The notes under the pieces were generated by a model that saw nothing but the letters and a program-made list of their open reading frames with translations, did no database searches and had not been told where the DNA came from. From an uncultured delta proteobacterium (lineage in GTDB: Bacteria; Desulfobacterota; Binatia; UBA9968): a stretch of 64,000 nt of DNA. The position numbers were made by a program, and so were the translations under genes. Positions 42,066 to 50,224 of the stretch are shown piece after piece. The first letter of the stretch is position 1; every line of letters begins with the position of its first letter. The stretch covers positions 245,643-309,642 of the forward strand of contig CAWDPO010000045.1 of the NCBI GenBank assembly GCA_963804165.1, written 5' to 3'.

Positions 42066-42254
42066 CTAGTGTGGTGTCCCAGAAGGTCGCAACATAAGTG
42101 AAACGTCATTCCGGGCAACCCCGGATCACAGTCCGGGGTTGCGCGACCCGGAATCCAGGAACTTCAAAGACATATGGATACCCTACCGGCTTTCGCCGGT
42201 ATGACGGCAAAGAACCAACGACCTGTTTAACAAACTTCCGGGTCAGGACACTAG
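42066..42254. mobile_element. MITE-like element: CTAG-ended 22-bp terminal inverted repeats enclosing a REP-type doublet
   Basis: Left CTAGTGTGGTGTCCCAGAAGGT vs reverse complement of right CTAGTGTCCTGACCCGGAAGTT (17/22); inner CGTCATTCCGGG..CCCGGAATCCAG / TGGATACC..CCGGCTTTCGCCGGTATGACG. Confidence 0.72.
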
Positions 42255-42405
42255 TTCCTTAACTCTGCTGATCGATCGCACTCAATTTGATCATTTCGCG
42301 CTCTCAGTAACCCGAGCTTAATCTGGTGTTAACGGACCGTTAACACGCCGGGGCTACTTTTGCTGCGCTCAGCGTAGCTTCAAAACTAATCGAGAGGAAA
42401 ACCAA

Positions 42406-43764
42406 ATGACGATAGTGAAAGGCAGCGATAAAACCGGGCGGCGAATCCTGACCGGACTCTTGGGCGTATTCGTAGCTGTGCTCACCTCCCCGCCCGTCAA
42501 CGCGCAGAACAAGATAATGTCGACTTTCACGTTGCCGGATGTTTCGATCAAAGACTTTCAAAACAAGAAATTTCCTGGCAGCGTCGCCAACGATCGCAAG
42601 GTCCTCCTGGGTTCGGTGGGCAGTGATCTCTGGCACGGCCCGAAGGACGCGCGCGATGAGTTTTGGATGGTGACCGACCGTGGTCCCAACGGGCAGATCA
42701 AGATCGACGGGAAAAATCGCCGAACCTTTTGGGTTCCCGAATTCAACCCGACGATCCTCCGAGTTAAAACCGAAGGCAAAACGGTCCGGATTCTCGAAGC
42801 GATCCCAATTGTCGGCCGGTCGGGAAAGCCGGTCACCGGGTTGCCAAATCTGCAAGACGTCGACGAAACGCCTTACAACTATACGGCTCAAGGCCTTTTG
42901 CCATTCAATCCCAATGGCCTTGATACCGAAGGGCTGGTTCGAACCAGCAATGGCGACTTTTGGATCAGCGAGGAGTACGGTCCGTCGTTGGTTCACGTGG
43001 ATCGAGGCGGTAAGGTTTTGAAACGCTACATTCCCGAAGGACTTAGGCTTGACGGCACCGACTATCCGCTCGCTCAAACATTGCCGGCGATTTACGGCAA
43101 GAGAAAAATCAATCGCGGCTTCGAGGGGCTTGCTCTGAGCGCTGACGAGAAAACGCTGTACTTGGCCCTTCAAAGTCCGCTCCTGATCCCCGATAAAGCA
43201 ACCGGCGACGTGTCGCGCAACACGAGAATACTCGTGTTTGATATCGCCAGCGAAAAGGCTATCGCCGAGTATGTCTACCAATTCGATGTGTCCAAGGAAT
43301 TTGACCTAAGTCCGAAAAATACTCCCGACGAGATGAAACTCTCGGGAGTGATCGCGATCAATCCGAGCACACTGCTTGTACTCGAGCGCACGGATCTCGT
43401 CGCGAAGCTTTACAGCGTCGATATGGAAAAAGCGACCAACATCCTCAATAGCAAATGGAACGAACTAAAAACCGCGCCGAGCCTCGAAGCGCTCGACGAT
43501 CCGACCAAAGCCGAAGTGCGCACGTTGCCCAAAACGCTCGTGATTGATTTGGTTTCACTCAAAGGCATGCCTGAGAAGATCGAAGGAATTGCTTTGCTCG
43601 ATCAAAATACTCTCGCTGTCGCCAACGACAACGATTTTGACAGCGAAGAGAGCCAATACGATGCGGAAGGAAACAACGTCCGTAAAGGCAAAAAATCGCA
43701 GATTCTTGTCATCACTCTGGAGAAACCGTTGCCCGTGCCGCTAAAGAGCGTGTCGGCCCGCTAG
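42406..43764 (+). CDS. Secreted esterase-like activity of phytase (phytase-like beta-propeller) protein
   Basis: Signal peptide, TDRGPN, DTEGL, SEEYGPS, NRGFEGL, LQSPL, KIEGI, NDNDF. Confidence 0.88.
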   Translation: MTIVKGSDKTGRRILTGLLGVFVAVLTSPPVNAQNKIMSTFTLPDVSIKDFQNKKFPGSVANDRKVLLGSVGSDLWHGPKDARDEFWMVTDRGPNGQIKIDGKNRRTFWVPEFNPTILRVKTEGKTVRILEAIPIVGRSGKPVTGLPNLQDVDETPYNYTAQGLLPFNPNGLDTEGLVRTSNGDFWISEEYGPSLVHVDRGGKVLKRYIPEGLRLDGTDYPLAQTLPAIYGKRKINRGFEGLALSADEKTLYLALQSPLLIPDKATGDVSRNTRILVFDIASEKAIAEYVYQFDVSKEFDLSPKNTPDEMKLSGVIAINPSTLLVLERTDLVAKLYSVDMEKATNILNSKWNELKTAPSLEALDDPTKAEVRTLPKTLVIDLVSLKGMPEKIEGIALLDQNTLAVANDNDFDSEESQYDAEGNNVRKGKKSQILVITLEKPLPVPLKSVSAR

Positions 43765-43826
43765 CGGTCTACCGATCGAGTTCATTTAGGAATCCCGGCG
43801 CCAACCGTCTCTGGTATTTCCCTTGG

Positions 43827-43900
43827 CAAGGAATCAAGTGGAGTTTGAATTCCCGCAGCTCCAAAAATCCCTCCTGACCTCTCTTGGCCAAAGGGAGGAA
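43827..43900. repeat. Degenerate REP-like palindromic repeat (CCCTCC..CCTCTCTT-GGCC-AAAGGGAGG)
   Basis: Hairpin at 43868-43898 downstream of a stop codon, with an eroded partner at 43827-43846. Confidence 0.4.
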
Positions 43901-44091
43901 TGCCAGGCGAGGCATTCGATACGAGTTAGGTCACGGTATTGACCATGAGACTCATTGTATTTCCTTGATTCCGACCCAGCTCCACTGAAGTCGAATTCGA
44001 GAATACTCGAAATACGCTGCAGCGATATCCTGCTCCAGCTTGACGGCTTTCCCCCTCTTCAACTACGATCGAGCGCCATAGAGGAGGGCCT

Positions 44092-45096
44092 ATGGGCGCG
44101 GGAATGAAACTGTATGGATGGAACGGTTTCGTCACGGCGGTGCTTCTGCTTGCTTGGAGCCAGAGCCACGCCCAGGAAAAACTCAAGATTTCCTACAGCT
44201 CGGTGGACGCTCCCAACGCTAACTGGTACATCGCCGAAGACAAACGGCTGTATCAAAAATACGGGCTGGACGCAGAGCTAATCTTCATCCCTACGTCGAC
44301 CACCAACGTTGCTACTGTGGTCGCCGGCTCCGTCAAAGTCGCCAATATTTCCGGCGGCAGCATCGCCAACGGAGTTGTCGGCGGCGCCACACTCGTCGCC
44401 GTCGGTTGCTTTATCAATACGCTTCCCTATGAGCTGATCGTGCATGAGTCCATCCGATCAGCCCAACAACTCAAAGGCAAAAGCGTCGGCATTAGCCGCA
44501 TCGGCAGTTCCTCGGACGTGGCGGCGCGGGTCCTGCTAAAGGGTCTGGGGCTAGAGCCGGACAAAGACGTGGCCATCCTTCAAGTCGGCGGCTCGGGCGA
44601 AAGAGCGGCCGCATTCGCGTCAGGAAAAATCGTCGCATTTCCCTCACCGCCGGGAACCATTCACCTCACGAAAGGTATGGCTAGCAGGACGCTTATCTCG
44701 ACGGCGGATTTTCCCAAGAGTTATCCGTTCCCCTACGTCTGTCCGACGACGCAAAAAAGTTATCTGTCGACCAACCGAGACACGGTCAAGCGCCTGATGA
44801 TGGCTTTGATGGAAGGAACCTACTTTTTCAAAACTCGCAAAGAAGAAAGCAAAAAAATTCTTGCCAAGTATTCTCGCCAATCGAACGAGGCCTATCTGGA
44901 AAGCGCCTATCAGACCATCGCCAAGCTCTTCGAGCGTGTGCCGCTGGCGACGCGTGAGGGCATGGAAGTGCAGATCAATGAAGCACTCGCGCTGGCGCGC
45001 AAGCCCGGCGCTAGCGTGAAGGTTGAGGATATTGTCGATGACCGGCTTGTCCTCGAGTTAGAAAAGGAAGGCTTCATCGACCGCATCTACAAATAA
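44092..45096 (+). CDS. ABC-type substrate-binding protein, SsuA/THI5-like
   Basis: LYQKYGLD, LKGKSVGISRIGSSSD, GFIDRIYK; AGGAGG RBS. Confidence 0.9.
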   Translation: MGAGMKLYGWNGFVTAVLLLAWSQSHAQEKLKISYSSVDAPNANWYIAEDKRLYQKYGLDAELIFIPTSTTNVATVVAGSVKVANISGGSIANGVVGGATLVAVGCFINTLPYELIVHESIRSAQQLKGKSVGISRIGSSSDVAARVLLKGLGLEPDKDVAILQVGGSGERAAAFASGKIVAFPSPPGTIHLTKGMASRTLISTADFPKSYPFPYVCPTTQKSYLSTNRDTVKRLMMALMEGTYFFKTRKEESKKILAKYSRQSNEAYLESAYQTIAKLFERVPLATREGMEVQINEALALARKPGASVKVEDIVDDRLVLELEKEGFIDRIYK

Positions 45097-45265
45097 AATT
45101 CTGTCGCGGATCCAATCCAACAGCGACAAGTGTGGATACGTCCAAATGTGCCGAGGCAGTCCTTGGTGGGGTCACTCCGTCGACGCGCATGGTTTTAATG
45201 ATCTGAAACCCAGGGCGCGGGCACCTTCACCCGGCGCACGAGAAAATAGCCGGAAATCTATTTTG

Positions 45266-46669
45266 TCAGGGCGTCAGCAGCTTGGCCATTTTTCTTGCGT
45301 CATCGAGTTTCTCGAGGTCGAGGAGAGTGTTTTCCAATTTCTCAACGCGAGACGGAGAGAGCACCCGCGACGCTAAAAGGCGAAATTTTTGCAGCACCTC
45401 GTCTTGAGTCATAGGGTGCTTGTCGCTTCCCTTCGCGTGAAGGACTCTTTCGCCATAAATTTTCCCACCCCGCAGCTGCACTTCCACAATTACGCCGTGG
45501 CGTCCCTCGTCGCCCAGCGCCTCGAGCTCGGCGTCTTCGACCACTTCGATCTTTCTGGTCGTTGCCAGAATATCCGCCCGGCGAATCGACTTTTGCGTCA
45601 CTTGATCGACGAAGAACTCGCGGTCGTGCAGCAAAATAGCGACACAGAATAACAGATTCATCTGCGCCGTGGTCATGCTCTTGGGCTCGTAGGGCCAGCC
45701 GACGTGAAGCTTGGTCGCCCGGGTCGTGCGAATCCGGATCTTTTCAACATTCTCAGCGCTCACCTCCGAGTGCTCACGGAGAATTTTTTTAAGGGCATCG
45801 ATCGACGTGTGGTTACTGCCGCAGCAAGGATACGGCTTGAAGCCGACGTTAAGCGTCTCGAAGTGTTCCCCCAGGTCTTGAGTCAGGTACGAAAGATTGG
45901 GCTTGTCGATAAAGGTCGAACAGAAGCCACCATAGGGCGCTTCGAGGATATCTTCGATGCCGGTAAAACCTTTGGCAGCAAGCAGGGCGCCGTAGACACC
46001 CGCCTGAGCCGATCGGCCGGGATGCATCCGCTTTACCATCGAAGAATGTTGGGCGGCCATGAGACCGGCCGCTTGAGTGCCGGCGATGCCCAGCGCATGA
46101 ACGGTCTTATCCGGATTGAGCCGGAGCATCTTGGCCGCGGCTGCTCCCGCCGCGAACGTGCCCGACGTCGCGCTGGGGTGAAACCCCCGGCGCAGCTGGG
46201 ACGCTCCGCCCGTCATCCCGACACGGCAACCGACTTCATAACCGGCCACCACTGCGGTCAGAAACCGCTTGCCGTCAACATGACCGTGGTAACGAACCAG
46301 CGCGTCGGCGGCCGGTATCGCTTCTGATCCGGGGTGGATGACGCCGACACGGTGGAGATCGTCCATCTCGAAGCTGTGGATCAAGGTGCCGTTGGCGAGC
46401 GGCGCGCTGGTGCTGGGCACCTCCGCGCCATCGCCCCAGAGAAGCGCCCCCTTTCCCTTCCCTAGTTCTTTGGTAAAGGACCTGATGATTTTTCCCCACG
46501 GTAGCGTCGAACCGAAGAGAGCGCAGCCAAAGGAATCGATCAAACAATATTTGATGTGACGCACTACCTCTTCAGGGATGTCTTTATAGGTCAGGCCGGC
46601 GATGTAATCCGCCAGCGCTCGAGTCGGAGAGTTTTCTATTTCGGCCGCTCTGAGCTGTGCTTTCGCCAT
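45266..46669 (-). CDS. MmgE/PrpD family protein
   Basis: NGTLIHSFEMDDLH..HPGS, GYEVG, GFHPS, KRMHPG, KPYPCCG..H. Confidence 0.92.
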   Translation of the reverse strand: MAKAQLRAAEIENSPTRALADYIAGLTYKDIPEEVVRHIKYCLIDSFGCALFGSTLPWGKIIRSFTKELGKGKGALLWGDGAEVPSTSAPLANGTLIHSFEMDDLHRVGVIHPGSEAIPAADALVRYHGHVDGKRFLTAVVAGYEVGCRVGMTGGASQLRRGFHPSATSGTFAAGAAAAKMLRLNPDKTVHALGIAGTQAAGLMAAQHSSMVKRMHPGRSAQAGVYGALLAAKGFTGIEDILEAPYGGFCSTFIDKPNLSYLTQDLGEHFETLNVGFKPYPCCGSNHTSIDALKKILREHSEVSAENVEKIRIRTTRATKLHVGWPYEPKSMTTAQMNLLFCVAILLHDREFFVDQVTQKSIRRADILATTRKIEVVEDAELEALGDEGRHGVIVEVQLRGGKIYGERVLHAKGSDKHPMTQDEVLQKFRLLASRVLSPSRVEKLENTLLDLEKLDDARKMAKLLTP

Positions 46670-46813
46670 GAAATGCTCCTTGACGCGCGTGAAGTTCTCT
46701 GATTTTGATGATCCGCCCGCGTTAAGCCGGCGAGCGAGAATTTTCGGGATTCAGCTGGTAGCCTTTTCGTACGATAAGCCGGTATTGTCAAGCCATCAAT
46801 AATGGGAGGATGT

Positions 46814-47896
46814 ATGAGCAAAATGAAAAAAGCCTTGGTCATGTCTTTCCTCTTGGCTCTTTTCGCGACGGTTCTGGGCGAGTCGCCCGGGCGCGCGCAA
46901 AGCGCGGCTTCGGTGCTCAAAAAATTTGAAGGACTGGCGCTAAAGGAGCGGGAACAGAAGCTGATCGAAGGCGCAAAAAAGGAAGGCAAGGTCGTGGTTT
47001 ATAGCTTCACGGCCGTGGACCAGCTCAAGCCTTTGCTTGAAGAATTTCAAAAGCGTTACCCATTTCTCAACCCGGAGCACTATAGGGGCAACGCGACGGC
47101 GGTCTTCAACAAGTACACCACCGAAGTGCGCGCCGGACAGACTCTCGCCGATGTGATCGACATCTCCGGCGGTGAGACGCACACGCTGTGGCAGATGGGA
47201 CTGATCGATCCCTATCTCTCGCCGAGCCGGGAGGGGATTCCCAAGGACTTCCTGGACGAAAAGGGATTCTGGAGCGCGCATTATCATTTCGTGGTCGCGC
47301 TGGGATTTAACACCCAGCATATCAAACCGGCAGAGGCGCCGAAGAGTTATGAGGATCTCGTCAATCCGAAGTGGAAAGGCCGTTTCTCCCTGGATCCGGC
47401 GGATCAGGATCTGTTCGGCGCGCTCTTGCTCCATTGGGGAAAGGAAAAGGCTCTCAGCTATTTCAGAAATCTCGCCAAGCTCGAACCGAGAATGGTTTCC
47501 GGTCACACACAACAAGCCAACCTGGTCGGCGCGGGAGAAATCCACATGGCGCCATGGCTTTACGGCTACAGGCCGCTGCAGTTAAAAGACGAAGGGGCGC
47601 CGGTCGAAACTCTGTTATTCGATCCGGTGTTGTCCAACCCGGCCTATCTGTTGTTGACAAAAAATTCGCCACACCCTCACGCCGCGGCCCTATTGATCGA
47701 CTGGGCCCTCTCAGCGGACGGCGGCATGAAATTCTTTGCCGAGAAGTTCGGCCGGACACCAGCGCGCACAGGATTGAAGGAACGCTTCCCGAAACTTCGG
47801 GTCGACAAGTATCTCGTGGTGAAGCCGGAGATCGTGGGACCGAACTTCAAAGAATTCACCAAGCTCTATTATGAGATTTTTGGAATAGGAAAATAA
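46814..47896 (+). CDS. Extracellular solute-binding protein (AfuA/PotD-like)
   Basis: Signal peptide, EGAKKEGKVVVYS, APKSYEDLVNPKWKG, SPHPHAAALLIDW.LS. Confidence 0.88.
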   Translation: MSKMKKALVMSFLLALFATVLGESPGRAQSAASVLKKFEGLALKEREQKLIEGAKKEGKVVVYSFTAVDQLKPLLEEFQKRYPFLNPEHYRGNATAVFNKYTTEVRAGQTLADVIDISGGETHTLWQMGLIDPYLSPSREGIPKDFLDEKGFWSAHYHFVVALGFNTQHIKPAEAPKSYEDLVNPKWKGRFSLDPADQDLFGALLLHWGKEKALSYFRNLAKLEPRMVSGHTQQANLVGAGEIHMAPWLYGYRPLQLKDEGAPVETLLFDPVLSNPAYLLLTKNSPHPHAAALLIDWALSADGGMKFFAEKFGRTPARTGLKERFPKLRVDKYLVVKPEIVGPNFKEFTKLYYEIFGIGK

Positions 47897-47982
47897 TCGC
47901 GCAAAAAATCGAAACGGGCCGTTGACCCCGAAGCTTTACTCCGAGTATGCTCCGGCCAAATTGCAGGCCACGGAGGTGAATT

Positions 47983-48621
47983 ATGTATGAAATCGGTGGA
48001 AAACAAATTCCAACAACCCTGGCGGAGCTCGCTGATCCCAAGCGAACGGCGTTGCTCATATGGGACATGGAGAATGCCATCGGCCCAAACGCATTTAACT
48101 ACAAAGACATCCTCGGCAATCTGAAATCGCTCTCCGCTCGCGCCCGCGAAGTCGGCGCGCCGGTTTTCTATTCCGTGCAAACCGGCTTCGATTTGCTCAA
48201 AGAAGAGGCCGGCGTCTGGGTGCGCGTGCGCATGAAGCGGGCGAAAGCTACGGACCCGAGCCAGTTGCTCAAGGAAAAGGAGGATCCCAGGGACAAAGAA
48301 ATCGTCGAGGAGCTCAAACCTCAACCGAAAGACATCGTTTTCCAGAAGCGCCGGCCCGATGGTTTCGTCGGCACCGACTTCGATCTCATGCTGCGCAGCA
48401 ACGGCATTCACACGATCCTGATCGGCGGCGTCGCCACAGAAGGCGGCGTCGAAGGCACGGCGCGCAGCGCCCGCAATCTGGGCTACGACGTCGTCGTCCT
48501 CAAAGACTGCGTCGGCTCGCGCAACCGGGAATTGCATGAATTAGCCTTGAAGCTGATGGAGCAAACCCACTTCGACATCGCGACGGCGGGAGAGATCGCC
48601 GAGATCTGGCGGCAGAAGTGA
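47983..48621 (+). CDS. Isochorismatase / cysteine hydrolase family protein
   Basis: TALLIWDMEN, KRRPDGFVGTDFDLMLRSNGI, GVATEGGVEGTAR. Confidence 0.9.
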   Translation: MYEIGGKQIPTTLAELADPKRTALLIWDMENAIGPNAFNYKDILGNLKSLSARAREVGAPVFYSVQTGFDLLKEEAGVWVRVRMKRAKATDPSQLLKEKEDPRDKEIVEELKPQPKDIVFQKRRPDGFVGTDFDLMLRSNGIHTILIGGVATEGGVEGTARSARNLGYDVVVLKDCVGSRNRELHELALKLMEQTHFDIATAGEIAEIWRQK

Positions 48622-48726
48622 CGGCCTGACGCGCGCTACGGCTGATTGCCTTGCGCGTCGCTGAGCGAATTTTTTTCAGAGCTCGGCGAGCGTGATCTCA
48701 ATGAAGTAAACTGACGAGGTCGAGCC

Positions 48727-49584
48727 ATGATGGAATATACGAGCGAAGATGTCGGCAATATCGTCCATCTGGAGCACGTCAATTTGCAGGTTCCCGACCA
48801 AACTTTGGCCACGCTCTTCTACATCGTCGGGATGGGGTTTACCCGCGATCCATTCTTCAATATCGGTGTTCACAACATGTGGGCGAACGGCGGCGAACAG
48901 CAGTTTCACCTGCCGGTTCGACCGGTGCAGGTAGTTCACGGCCACATCGGCGTCGTCTTGCCTGACCTTGACTCACTCAAGGAAAGGCTCGGCGCTGTCG
49001 AAAAGCCACTGGCGAGCACAAAGTTCGGCTGGTCGATCGAGACCAGTCATATCGCTGTGACCTGTCCTTGGGGAAATCGCTTTCGCTGCCATGTTCCCGA
49101 TGCGAAATTCGGCGATATGGCGCTCGGAATTCCCTATGTCGAATTCCTGGTCGAGCGCGGTAGGGCTGCTGGCATCGGTCGATTTTATGATCAAGCGCTG
49201 GGCGCGCCGGCGATAACCGACTCCGGCGATGATGGAATAAGCGCTCGAGTAAAGATCGGCCGCAATCAGTCGCTGGTTTTCCGCGAAACCGATGAGCCGT
49301 CGCCGCCCTACGACGGGCACCACATCGCCATCTACGTTTCGAACTTTTCCCGCCCCTACGCCTTTCTCAAAGATCGCGGCCTGATTTCGGAGGAAGTGCG
49401 CAACCATCAATTCCGCTTCAAAGAAGTCGTCGATCCCGAAACTAACCGTCCGGTGTTTCAAGTTGAGCACGAGGTTCGCAGCCTGCATCATCCCATGTTC
49501 CATCGCTTTTTCATCAATCGTAATCCGAACGAGTCGGCGCGCCGTTATCGGCGCGGGCGCGACGCGCTGATTCCGTACAATTGA
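48727..49584 (+). CDS. Two-module VOC-like hypothetical protein
   Basis: LEHVNL..ATLFYIVGMG, QQFHLP, GHHIAIYV, EHEVRS. Confidence 0.7.
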   Translation: MMEYTSEDVGNIVHLEHVNLQVPDQTLATLFYIVGMGFTRDPFFNIGVHNMWANGGEQQFHLPVRPVQVVHGHIGVVLPDLDSLKERLGAVEKPLASTKFGWSIETSHIAVTCPWGNRFRCHVPDAKFGDMALGIPYVEFLVERGRAAGIGRFYDQALGAPAITDSGDDGISARVKIGRNQSLVFRETDEPSPPYDGHHIAIYVSNFSRPYAFLKDRGLISEEVRNHQFRFKEVVDPETNRPVFQVEHEVRSLHHPMFHRFFINRNPNESARRYRRGRDALIPYN

Positions 49585-49659
49585 TGGCTATTTCTGCGCA
49601 AGTTGACGCTGGTCACGATCTTTGATTAAACGATCTTGAGACGAAAAAGGAGAACTGCC

Positions 49660-50160
49660 ATGAGTTTCACTCTCGAATCATTCGCATCCGACGTTCATCG
49701 TATCCTGAAAGAAGATCCGAGCCGGGCGGGGCGTGAAAAAGTGCGGGTGTTGGTGCAAGAGGCGCTCAAGGACGAAACATTTATTACAACTTACGTCAAT
49801 GACAATACCCCCGACCGGCAAATTATTTACGAAGATCCGGAACTGGGCTTTTGCGTCTGCGCCCATGTGAATCGCGACGCCAGAGAAGCCAATCCGCACG
49901 ATCACGGCAGTTCCTGGGCGATTTACGGGCAGGCATTCGGCGAAACAGAAATGAGCGACTGGGACGTCATCGAGCCCGCCGCTGAAGGCAAGCCGGGGAA
50001 AGTTCGCCGCGCGCAAGTTTATGCGCTCAAACCCGGCATGGCCCATATCTACAACGAGGGCGACGTGCATTCACCCAAACGGGTCGCCGCGACGGGGCTG
50101 CTGCGCATCGAGGGGAAGAACACACAGAAGATGAAGCGGCTGGCGTATAAGGCACAGTAA
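49660..50160 (+). CDS. Cupin, cysteine-dioxygenase-like metal protein
   Basis: PHDHGSSWAIYG..E and distal VHSP (3-His type); AGGAG RBS. Confidence 0.7.
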   Translation: MSFTLESFASDVHRILKEDPSRAGREKVRVLVQEALKDETFITTYVNDNTPDRQIIYEDPELGFCVCAHVNRDAREANPHDHGSSWAIYGQAFGETEMSDWDVIEPAAEGKPGKVRRAQVYALKPGMAHIYNEGDVHSPKRVAATGLLRIEGKNTQKMKRLAYKAQ

Positions 50161-50224
50161 CCCGCGGCGAGGGTTGAAGTTCAATAGTCGCCGCAATCGG
50201 CAAGCAGCCGAGACATGCTGCCGA

